A stretch of 64,000 nt of DNA from the NCBI GenBank assembly GCA_025351345.1, contig JANXWB010000010.1, positions 22,330-86,329 of the forward strand, read 5' to 3'. Below, in pieces: positions 8,929 to 16,294 of this stretch. Within the stretch, counting starts at the first letter, position 1, and every line of letters starts with the position of its first letter. Source of the stretch: Synechococcales cyanobacterium GL140_1_metabat_312 (GTDB taxonomy: Bacteria > Cyanobacteriota > Cyanobacteriia > Leptolyngbyales > Leptolyngbyaceae). Under the pieces are notes generated by a model. It saw nothing but the letters and a program-made list of their open reading frames with translations, did not search any database and was not told the origin of the DNA. The translations under genes and the position numbers were made by a program.

Positions 8929-9528
8929 TTAGATGGAAGTCCTCATTTCGGACGAAGGTACATACTTTCCAGACGAATCTACCCCGTATATTTCCCATTC
9001 TCGGACCCCTCTAGAGTCTAGAATCTCTCCGGCCTTAAGGATTTCTTGGGATGTACCATCTACAATTAGCAAATATTGTCCATTTACCACATGATCATTG
9101 TAAGCTTTTGCTCGATCCTCAGGAATTCCCAACCCAATCAGACCACCGAGCAAGCCCCCTGTTGCGGCCCCAATTGCACCCCCGGCGAGCGTTGTTGCGA
9201 TCGCGGTTGCCGCAGCTCCAGCCATCATAACTGGCCCGACTCCCGGAATGGCCAGTGTTCCTAAGCCAACGAGTAAACCTGTGATTCCTCCGACAGCGCC
9301 GCCTGTTGTGCCGCCCTTCTTTGCGCCATCTTCAACATGAGTTTCTTCAGTCACGTTTTTAATCGTCACGTCACTGTTTTGATTGTCATGATCTAATCGA
9401 TCGGAATCTTTTGCAATAATAGAGACTTGATTCATTGCAAACCCAGAATGCTGAAGTGCATTTAGAGCATCTTGCGCTTCACTATAAGTTGAGAAAATTC
9501 CCATTGCGCGTTGTTGATTCGTAAGCAT
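8929..9528 (-). CDS. General stress protein, YflT/GSP17M-like N-domain + glycine-zipper membrane segment
   Basis: The N-terminal part is AMGIFSTYSEAQDALNALQHSGFAMNQVSIIAKD. The central part is a Gly-zipper (GGAVGGITGLLVGLGTLAIPGVGPVMMAGAAATA...). The C-terminal part is AKAYNDHVVNGQYLLIVDG. AGGAG precedes the ATG. Confidence 0.7.
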   Translation of the reverse strand: MLTNQQRAMGIFSTYSEAQDALNALQHSGFAMNQVSIIAKDSDRLDHDNQNSDVTIKNVTEETHVEDGAKKGGTTGGAVGGITGLLVGLGTLAIPGVGPVMMAGAAATAIATTLAGGAIGAATGGLLGGLIGLGIPEDRAKAYNDHVVNGQYLLIVDGTSQEILKAGEILDSRGVREWEIYGVDSSGKYVPSSEMRTSI

Positions 9529-9577
9529 ATATTTCTCCTGAAGTTGATCTAAAGTTAAACTATTGAATCCAGTAATC

Positions 9578-10000
9578 TTATTTCGCTAAGCCTTTCACAG
9601 AATCTGCAATGTCATTAGCTTTAGATTGAATTTTGTCGCCAAGGTCATCCAACATATTCTTGCCTTCATCAATCACCTCGTTCGTCTTACCTTTCATCCC
9701 TTCAGCATTAGACTCGACGCGGCCGATGTCTCGTGTCACTTTGCCTTGGGCTTGTCGAGCCATGCCTTTTACCTGACCTAGCTTGGATTCAGCCTTGCCA
9801 GCAACTTGATCAATTGCGCCCTCTGTCTGATGTTTAACACCAACAGATCCCAGCGTCGCTGCATCAACTGAATGGGGTTGAACTGTGATCACTAATGCTA
9901 GAAAGAATAAGACAAATGTTACTTGGCGAACTTGATTTACGATCGCAGAACACATTTCTCTAATGGATATTGTAGTAGATGCTCTAGTGAATTCAATCAT
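9578..10000 (-). CDS. Secreted CsbD family protein
   Basis: Signal-peptide-like segment (VTFVLFFLALVITVQPHSVDA), then CsbD-like GKAESKLGQVKGMARQAQGKVTRDIGRVESNAEG. The start may be the internal Met at about 9955. Confidence 0.7.
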   Translation of the reverse strand: MIEFTRASTTISIREMCSAIVNQVRQVTFVLFFLALVITVQPHSVDAATLGSVGVKHQTEGAIDQVAGKAESKLGQVKGMARQAQGKVTRDIGRVESNAEGMKGKTNEVIDEGKNMLDDLGDKIQSKANDIADSVKGLAK

Positions 10001-10160
10001 AGTGTTCTCTCCCTCTTCCTTAAAATCCTAATACGTCTCTAAATCCTAATAGCCGCCTTATTCAATTGCAAAGCATTGAAAAGTTATGAATCTGTGAGGG
10101 GAGCATTGAGGTTCCCCCTTAGGACAAATTCAATTATTTACATACTTTGTAATTTTTAGT

Positions 10161-10430
10161 TTAAATCGATCGGCGATTGAAACTCTGCCAGATAAATATG
10201 GCCAGCATTGCACCCAATACAGCAATAAATACTCCAGGGAGACTCAATCCTGTATTCGCTAACTGTAAAGACCCTGTAGCGATAAAAGCATGCAAGGTTC
10301 CGCCTAGAAATGCACCAACAACGCCTAATACCATTGTTGATAGCAATCCACCACCTTGGTTTCCTGGATAGATTGCCTTTGCAATTGCACCAGCGAGTAA
10401 ACCCAAAATCACCCAAGCAATGATACCCAT
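10161..10430 (-). CDS. GlsB/YeaQ/YmgE family (transglycosylase-associated) stress membrane protein
   Basis: MGIIAWVILGLLAGAIAKAIYPGNQGGGLLSTMVLGVVGAFLGG is a near-textbook family signature. The competing frame ORF 10156..10416 is rejected. Confidence 0.9.
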   Translation of the reverse strand: MGIIAWVILGLLAGAIAKAIYPGNQGGGLLSTMVLGVVGAFLGGTLHAFIATGSLQLANTGLSLPGVFIAVLGAMLAIFIWQSFNRRSI

Positions 10431-10483
10431 ATCCTTCGCCTCTTTTTAAGTACTAAAAAACATTCAAAATTAATCTAAGTTCG

Positions 10484-10858
10484 CTACTTAAGTGCGTTCT
10501 TAACCTTGTCCTTTATATCTGACACTGCATTGCGTGCCGCTGCTACGGCTTGTTTACCTTTCCCCGCAGCCTGATCTTCCGGACGATCGGTCAATCTGCC
10601 GATCGTGTTTTGAAATTTCCCTTCTACAGTGAGAAGCGCATTTTTAGCTTTGTCTTGCAAACTAACATCAACTGAATCTTCCATGTGATTTTGTGCATTT
10701 GCTGTTGCACGACTCAGGCTTGCTTCCGCTTGTTTTGCCTTAGCTGACCATTGATCCGCTGGATCTCCAGTTACGTTAGCAACGACATCCTGAACCTTAG
10801 ATTCAACTGTCTTAGCAGCGGCTTTAGCACTGGCTTTGATATCCATGGTGATTCTCAC
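10484..10858 (-). CDS. CsbD family protein (two CsbD-like repeats)
   Basis: VTGDPADQWSAKAKQAEASL and GRLTDRPEDQAAGKGKQAVAAARNA are CsbD-like. The listed start is GTG. An ATG at 10846 (MDIKASAK...) is the more likely start. Confidence 0.75.
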   Translation of the reverse strand: MRITMDIKASAKAAAKTVESKVQDVVANVTGDPADQWSAKAKQAEASLSRATANAQNHMEDSVDVSLQDKAKNALLTVEGKFQNTIGRLTDRPEDQAAGKGKQAVAAARNAVSDIKDKVKNALK

Positions 10859-10999
10859 AGTTAACTGTTGTATGAATTACGTGATGCACAATTGAGTAAT
10901 TCATATGTGTTCACAATTCATTAATAACACCATAGAATGTATTTTTTAGAAAGGATTCTCTCTAAAGTAATGCGAAAAAAAATCTAAAGTGATTTAAGT

Positions 11000-11052
11000 A
11001 GTCATCTAATAGGCAGTCATCCAATAAGTAGTTATCTAGATAGGGCGATCGC
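11000..11052. repeat. Three tandem copies of a 15-nt unit followed by a 16-nt HIP1 palindrome
   Basis: AGTCATCTAATAGGC / AGTCATCCAATAAGT / AGTTATCTAGATAGG, then tagGGCGATCGCCcta. It lies in the divergent csbD-dnaB spacer. Confidence 0.6.
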
Positions 11053-11141
11053 CCTATAAGAAGTGATGTTAGGGTCAGACCTTTGTGCCCTTTGCGGCTT
11101 AGAATAGATATCGATCGCTATACCTAGCAACTCTTAGCCCT

Positions 11142-12515
11142 ATGATCTCTGAGCCAATTCCTGAAAAATCTGAACCCCTGAATTTTCAGTCGCTGGCCGA
11201 TCGTGTCCCACCCCAAAATCTAGAGGCTGAAGAAGCTATCTTGGGTGGAATTCTGGTCGATACTGAGGCGATCGGACGGATTACCGATATTCTGGAGAGC
11301 GATGCATTTTATTTGGCGGCTCATCGTCAAATTTATGAGGCCGCATTGACCCTACACCAAACGGGAAAGCCTGCTGACTTAATGACGGTGGCGACTTGGT
11401 TGGGCGATCGTGGAACTCTTGATAAGGTGGGCGGCCAGAGTCGGTTAGTGGAATTGTACGATCGGACACCGGGTGCGGTGAACATTGATTTGTATGCTCA
11501 GTTGGTGATGGATAAGTATTTGCGGCGGCGGTTGATTCGGGTGGGGAATGAGATTTCGGATTTAGGACATGATACCGCTCAAGAATTGCCTGAAGTGCTC
11601 GATACTGCCGAACAAAAGGTTTTTAATATTACTCAAGCACGGCCTCAAGACGGTTTGGTTTCGACGGCGGAAGTATTGACCCAGACCTTTGCGGATATTG
11701 AAAGTCGGGCGATCGGTCAAACCTTACCGGGATTGGCTTGTGGTTTTTATGATTTGGATGCGATGACCCAAGGTTTTCAGCGCGGAGATTTGATTATTGT
11801 TGCAGGTCGTCCGTCCATGGGAAAAACCTCAGTCGTATTGAACATTGCACGTAACGTTGCGTCTTACCATAAACTTCCCGTTGCAGTCTTCAGTCTAGAA
11901 ATGTCTCGCGATCAACTAGTCCAGCGTTTACTTTCTAGTGAAGTTCGGATTGAAAGTAGTCGTCTTAGAGCAGGTCGTATCAGTGCTCAAGAGTGGGAAC
12001 CATTGGCCCATGAAATTAGCAAACTTTCTCAACTCCCACTTTATATTGATGACACCCCAAACTTGACTGTCACTGAAATGCGATCGCGTTGTCGTAGACT
12101 TCAAGCAGAGAGTGGGGGAGCCTTAGGATTAGTAGTGATTGATTATCTTCAGTTGATGGGGGGCAATAGTGAAAATCGAGTTCAAATGTTGTCTCAAATT
12201 ACACGCGGACTGAAGGGATTAGCGCGTGAATTGGCAGTGCCTGTAATTGCATTATCGCAGCTTAGTCGAGGGGTTGAATCTCGAACCGATAAGCGTCCAA
12301 TGATGTCAGATTTGAGGGAATCAGGCGCGATCGAACAGGATGCAGATTTGATTATGATGCTATATCGCGATGAATACTACAACAAAGATACGGTCGATCG
12401 GGGTATTGCCGAATTGATCATTAATAAACATCGTAATGGTCCAACAGGGACCGTTAAACTTCTCTTTGAGCCGCAGTACACCCAATTCCGTAATCTCTCA
12501 GCGTCTAATCAATAA
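11142..12515 (+). CDS. dnaB: Replicative DNA helicase DnaB (no intein)
   Basis: PPQNLEAEEAILGGIL, Walker A GRPSMGKTS, Walker B VVIDYLQLM, SQLSR and the arginine-finger region are all present. The protein is 457 aa and contiguous. Confidence 0.95.
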   Translation: MISEPIPEKSEPLNFQSLADRVPPQNLEAEEAILGGILVDTEAIGRITDILESDAFYLAAHRQIYEAALTLHQTGKPADLMTVATWLGDRGTLDKVGGQSRLVELYDRTPGAVNIDLYAQLVMDKYLRRRLIRVGNEISDLGHDTAQELPEVLDTAEQKVFNITQARPQDGLVSTAEVLTQTFADIESRAIGQTLPGLACGFYDLDAMTQGFQRGDLIIVAGRPSMGKTSVVLNIARNVASYHKLPVAVFSLEMSRDQLVQRLLSSEVRIESSRLRAGRISAQEWEPLAHEISKLSQLPLYIDDTPNLTVTEMRSRCRRLQAESGGALGLVVIDYLQLMGGNSENRVQMLSQITRGLKGLARELAVPVIALSQLSRGVESRTDKRPMMSDLRESGAIEQDADLIMMLYRDEYYNKDTVDRGIAELIINKHRNGPTGTVKLLFEPQYTQFRNLSASNQ

Positions 12516-12531
12516 GTCCAATCAATAAGTT

Positions 12532-13236
12532 ATGAATTGGCCGATCGCCTATACTATCCGCGAAAGTGCGCGGGCTAAGCGTCTTAATCTCAAACTTTCA
12601 CCTCAAGGTAAATTGGAAGTAGTGATTCCGATCGGATTCGATCGGAATCAAATTCCAGATATTATCAAAACTCATGAGCATTGGATCGAACGAACTCGTA
12701 CCAAACTGATGGCCCAGCCGTCGCCCCAATCAGGGGAAAGTATTCCTAAAACCATACAATTTCTCACCACCACCGAAAACTGGACAATTGAATATATTCC
12801 TGTCAATGTTGTCAGCATCCGGGTTAGTGAACGTCCAGAGACTATCATTCTATGGGGAAATACAACTAATGAAGCCCTCTGTCGAAAAGCATTGCGATCG
12901 TGGCTGACAACGCGTGCTGAAAACTTCCTTGGTCCTTGGTTACGATCGTTGAGTAAAGATTGTAACTTGCCATTTAATCAAATTAGTGTGCGCGGTCAGA
13001 AAACTCGATGGGGCAGTTGTTCAAGCGATCGGAATATTAGTTTGAACTATAAATTACTATTCTTGCCGCCTCAAGTTACACGTTATGTTTTAATTCATGA
13101 ATTGTGTCATACAGTGCATATGAATCATTCAAAACAATTTTGGCAATTGGTACAAAAAAATGATCCCCTATATAAACAGTGGGATCATGATTTAAAAAAT
13201 GTGAACCAATACATTCCGCAATGGTTGCAAGATTAA
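12532..13236 (+). CDS. YgjP-like (DUF45) M48-related metal-dependent hydrolase
   Basis: RWGSCSSDRNISLNYKLLFLPPQVTRYVLIHELCHTVHMNHSKQFW carries the HExxH...H signature of this family. Confidence 0.8.
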   Translation: MNWPIAYTIRESARAKRLNLKLSPQGKLEVVIPIGFDRNQIPDIIKTHEHWIERTRTKLMAQPSPQSGESIPKTIQFLTTTENWTIEYIPVNVVSIRVSERPETIILWGNTTNEALCRKALRSWLTTRAENFLGPWLRSLSKDCNLPFNQISVRGQKTRWGSCSSDRNISLNYKLLFLPPQVTRYVLIHELCHTVHMNHSKQFWQLVQKNDPLYKQWDHDLKNVNQYIPQWLQD

Positions 13237-13260
13237 GAGTCTCAGCTTATTTCCCAGCGC

Positions 13261-14412
13261 TTATTTTCCACTAAAGACTGCTGCCGCCGCCGCCACACCT
13301 GCACCCGGAGTCACACCCACAGCACCGAGTTCAAGTAATGTAGCCTCAATCGCTGCGATCGCCGTCAAAATATCTCGATCACTGACAAATCCTAAATGTC
13401 CAATGCGGAAGATTTTACCCTTTAATGCATCTTGACCGCCCGCCAAAACAATGTCGAATTTCTTCTTCATCACCGATCGTACTTGTTCCGCATCCACACC
13501 CGTCGGCATCACCGCTGTAATTGCAGGGCTAGCGTTCCCCTCTGGTGCATAAAGCGGCATTCCAAGCGCCTTCATCGCGGCACGGGTCGCACGACTATGA
13601 CGATCGTGACGGGCGAAAATGGCTTCGAGTCCTTCTTTTCTCATCATTTGCAGAGCGGATTGCATTGCAAAAATCAAATTGATTGCAGGCGTAAATGGAG
13701 TAGTGTCTTTGGCTGCATTCTTACGATACATTCCCAAATCAAAGTAATACCGTGGAAGTTTCGCAGTTTTATAGGCTTCCCAAGCCTTTGCACTCACCGA
13801 TACAAACCCTAATCCCGGCGGAATCATATAGCCCTTCTGTGAACCCGAGGCCACTACATCCAAGCCCCACGCATCAACTGGAACATTGCAAGCTCCTAGA
13901 CTCGTAACCGTATCCACAATAATCAGAGCACCATGGGCTTTAACGTGTTTGTTAATGGTTTCGAGATCATTAATCACACCCGTCGAAGTTTCGCTGTGGG
14001 TGACAATGACGGCTTTGATTTCCTTATTGGTATCTGCTTCTAGCGCCACCCGAATCAGCTCTGGGTCCAATGGCTTTCCCCAGTCACTGGTGACCCGTTG
14101 GGTATTCAACCCGTAGGCATCCGTCACTTCTGCCCATCGTTCGCCAAATTTACCATTCGACCCGACGATCACTTTATCACCAGGACTGAGGAAGTTGATG
14201 ATTCCAGCTTCCATCACGCCTGTACCGCTAGCGGCCAGAATTAGCAGGTCATTTTCGGTTTGGTGCAGCCATTTTAGGTTTGCTGTCACCTCGGCAAAAA
14301 TAGCACTGAAATCTGCACTACGATGTCCGATCGGGTGCTTTGCCATCGCCTGTAAAACGCGCTCAGGAACGGGAGTTGGTCCCGGAATCATCAGCATTAA
14401 TTTGTCATCCAT
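13261..14412 (-). CDS. Class V aminotransferase (serine-pyruvate / alanine-glyoxylate type)
   Basis: MDDKLMLMIPGPTPVPERV..., the PLP-lysine context SGSQKGYMIPPG, and FRIGHLG near the C-terminus. The ORF track extends to 14469, but the Met at 14412 fits the conserved N-terminus. Confidence 0.85.
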   Translation of the reverse strand: MDDKLMLMIPGPTPVPERVLQAMAKHPIGHRSADFSAIFAEVTANLKWLHQTENDLLILAASGTGVMEAGIINFLSPGDKVIVGSNGKFGERWAEVTDAYGLNTQRVTSDWGKPLDPELIRVALEADTNKEIKAVIVTHSETSTGVINDLETINKHVKAHGALIIVDTVTSLGACNVPVDAWGLDVVASGSQKGYMIPPGLGFVSVSAKAWEAYKTAKLPRYYFDLGMYRKNAAKDTTPFTPAINLIFAMQSALQMMRKEGLEAIFARHDRHSRATRAAMKALGMPLYAPEGNASPAITAVMPTGVDAEQVRSVMKKKFDIVLAGGQDALKGKIFRIGHLGFVSDRDILTAIAAIEATLLELGAVGVTPGAGVAAAAAVFSGK

Positions 14413-14618
14413 AACCAGTTCTATCCTGTAATAATCGATCGCACTTTCATTATTGCAGGCTGCGTTCACCCCGGATAAACCAATGCAGAGTTTATTTTAC
14501 AAGGCTGTTATCTACGATACGGAACTTTTAAAGCCGAAAAACGTTAGTATATTGAAGCCTAAATTGTCACCTGCTCTTCTTTATCTTATACAGTTTTATT
14601 CATAACGTTCCAGAATCT

Positions 14619-15914
14619 ATGCGATTTTCTAGCTTCTCTCTCAGTTTGATTAGTTTGTTATGGTTTGCGGCACTCCCCGCTACTGCCGATACTTTACAGA
14701 CTTGGAGCTTCGATCGATCGCGAAATCAACTGAATTTCACCACCGATGAAGGTGTACAACCCACAGCTCAGCTTGTCCCTAGTCCTGCACGGATTGTAAT
14801 TGATTTACCTGGAATTCGACTCGATCGGCCTAAAATTAATCAGCTTGTGGGTGGCAATGTTAAAAGTATTCGTATTGCTAAATTTGAACGCGAAACCACA
14901 CGATTGGTGATTGACTTAGACCCTGCCTACACGGTAGACGCTCAAAAGGTCTTAGTACGCGGCACCAGTCCCACCCAATGGACCGTACAACTGCCCATAT
15001 TGCAAGGCGTAACCCCAAATCTAAGCTTGACGGGCAATAATCCGATCGCCATTGCCGTCGCAACTCCGCCGCCTGCCCCCACTCCGCCGCCTAAAACTTA
15101 CAGCACCCTGATTCCCGCAGGTCAACAACTCACCTGGCTTAAAGATCGTCTGAGTAGCATTCGTAAAACCTATCCAAATTTGAGTACAGGATTACTTTTT
15201 GTTGATTTGCAAACTGGGGACTATGTAGATTTCAACAGTGATAAGGTTTATCCTACTGCTAGCGTGATTAAATTACCGATTTTGATTGCATTCTTACAGG
15301 ATGTTGATGCAGGAAAAATAAATTTGAATGAATCCTGGACAATGACTAGAGATGTGATTGTGGGTGGTTCTGGTGAGTTTCAAGATTTACCTGTTAATAG
15401 TAAATTCACGGCGCAAAATGTAATTGATAAAATGATTACGATTAGCGATAATACAGCAGCCAATATGGTGATTAAGCGTATGGGCGGTATTAAGTATGTG
15501 AATCAACGCTTCGCCCAATTAGGGTTGACTAATACTCGATTGCGCGATTGGTTGCCCGATCTTGATGGAACGAATACGACAACGCTAAAGGAACTCGCAC
15601 AAGTTTTAGCAATGCTCGATCGGCAATCTATTCTTTCGCGGACTTCCCAAGCTAATGCCCTCGACATATTACGTCGTGTCAAAAATCGGAAATTACTGGC
15701 TGCTGGACTGGGACAAGGAGCCACGATTGCGCACAAAACTGGATATATCGGTACGATGTTGGGGGATGCTGGGATTATCGAAATGCCTAATGGAAAACGG
15801 TATATTGGCGCGGTGATTGTGGAGAGCGATCGTGCAGATTCGGCTTGGGATTTTGTGCCGGAAGTTTCGCAGACTGTGTATTCCTATTTCAATAATCAAC
15901 CGCGATTCAAATAG
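14619..15914 (+). CDS. AMIN-domain protein fused to a class A beta-lactamase-fold serine hydrolase
   Basis: Signal peptide, an AMIN-like block (LQTWSFDRSRNQLNFTTDEGV...ARIVIDLPG...TRLVIDL) and a Pro-rich linker. These are followed by SxxK (ASVIK), SDN (ISDN) and KTG (HKTGY). Confidence 0.8.
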   Translation: MRFSSFSLSLISLLWFAALPATADTLQTWSFDRSRNQLNFTTDEGVQPTAQLVPSPARIVIDLPGIRLDRPKINQLVGGNVKSIRIAKFERETTRLVIDLDPAYTVDAQKVLVRGTSPTQWTVQLPILQGVTPNLSLTGNNPIAIAVATPPPAPTPPPKTYSTLIPAGQQLTWLKDRLSSIRKTYPNLSTGLLFVDLQTGDYVDFNSDKVYPTASVIKLPILIAFLQDVDAGKINLNESWTMTRDVIVGGSGEFQDLPVNSKFTAQNVIDKMITISDNTAANMVIKRMGGIKYVNQRFAQLGLTNTRLRDWLPDLDGTNTTTLKELAQVLAMLDRQSILSRTSQANALDILRRVKNRKLLAAGLGQGATIAHKTGYIGTMLGDAGIIEMPNGKRYIGAVIVESDRADSAWDFVPEVSQTVYSYFNNQPRFK

Positions 15915-15989
15915 ATAAAATCGAAGCAAAGCGAGTCATGATGGGAATAAAGGACGATCGGATAAACGGTCTTCGTCAAGGGCATGGGT

Positions 15990-16275
15990 TTACGGGGGAT
16001 CGAACGGGTCAAAGGCGTTCACCACACTACGGTGATCACCTGGATCAAACAGGTCGGAGGAATTCTCCCTGACGCGTATGCGAGGGATCTTAGGCTGGGT
16101 CATCGTGACCCGAGTTGAAGGTGAAAATAATCGACTCCGGCACTATTTGGCTCGGCTTCATCGAAAAACGCTTTGCTATTCTAAATGCGTAAAAATGCTG
16201 GCACACTCAATTAGATTGCTACTTCACTACTTAAAATTTGAGGATGTCCCAGTCCCACTTCGAGACATACCTTAA
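15990..16275 (+). pseudogene. Relic of an IS1-family transposase (C-terminal fragment, frameshifted)
   Basis: VTRVEGENNRLRHYLARLHRKTLCYSKCVKMLAHSIRLLLHYL aligns by eye with the end of E. coli IS1 InsB ([40 protein letters not shown]). The upstream part is readable only in another frame (..ILPDAYARDLRLGH..) and ends in stops. I saw no terminal inverted repeats. Confidence 0.5.
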
Positions 16276-16294
16276 TTCAGCAGCGCCGCCAGTT

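Noticed and set aside
10156-10416. An alternative-frame 86-aa ORF, and the plus-strand ORF 10177..10371, overlapping the GlsB gene.
   Set aside because: The 10161..10430 frame gives a textbook GlsB/YeaQ/YmgE sequence. The others are Cys/Arg/Trp-rich frame artefacts.
11000-11044. Reading the 15-nt repeats upstream of dnaB as DnaA boxes or an origin.
   Set aside because: The best matches to TTATCCACA have 2-3 mismatches. There is no AT-rich unwinding element or dnaA/dnaN context.
11142-12515. Whether dnaB carries an intein, as in several cyanobacteria.
   Set aside because: The ORF is 457 aa. Helicase motifs are contiguous from Walker A through SQLSR, with no Cys/Ser-His-Asn splice-junction insert.
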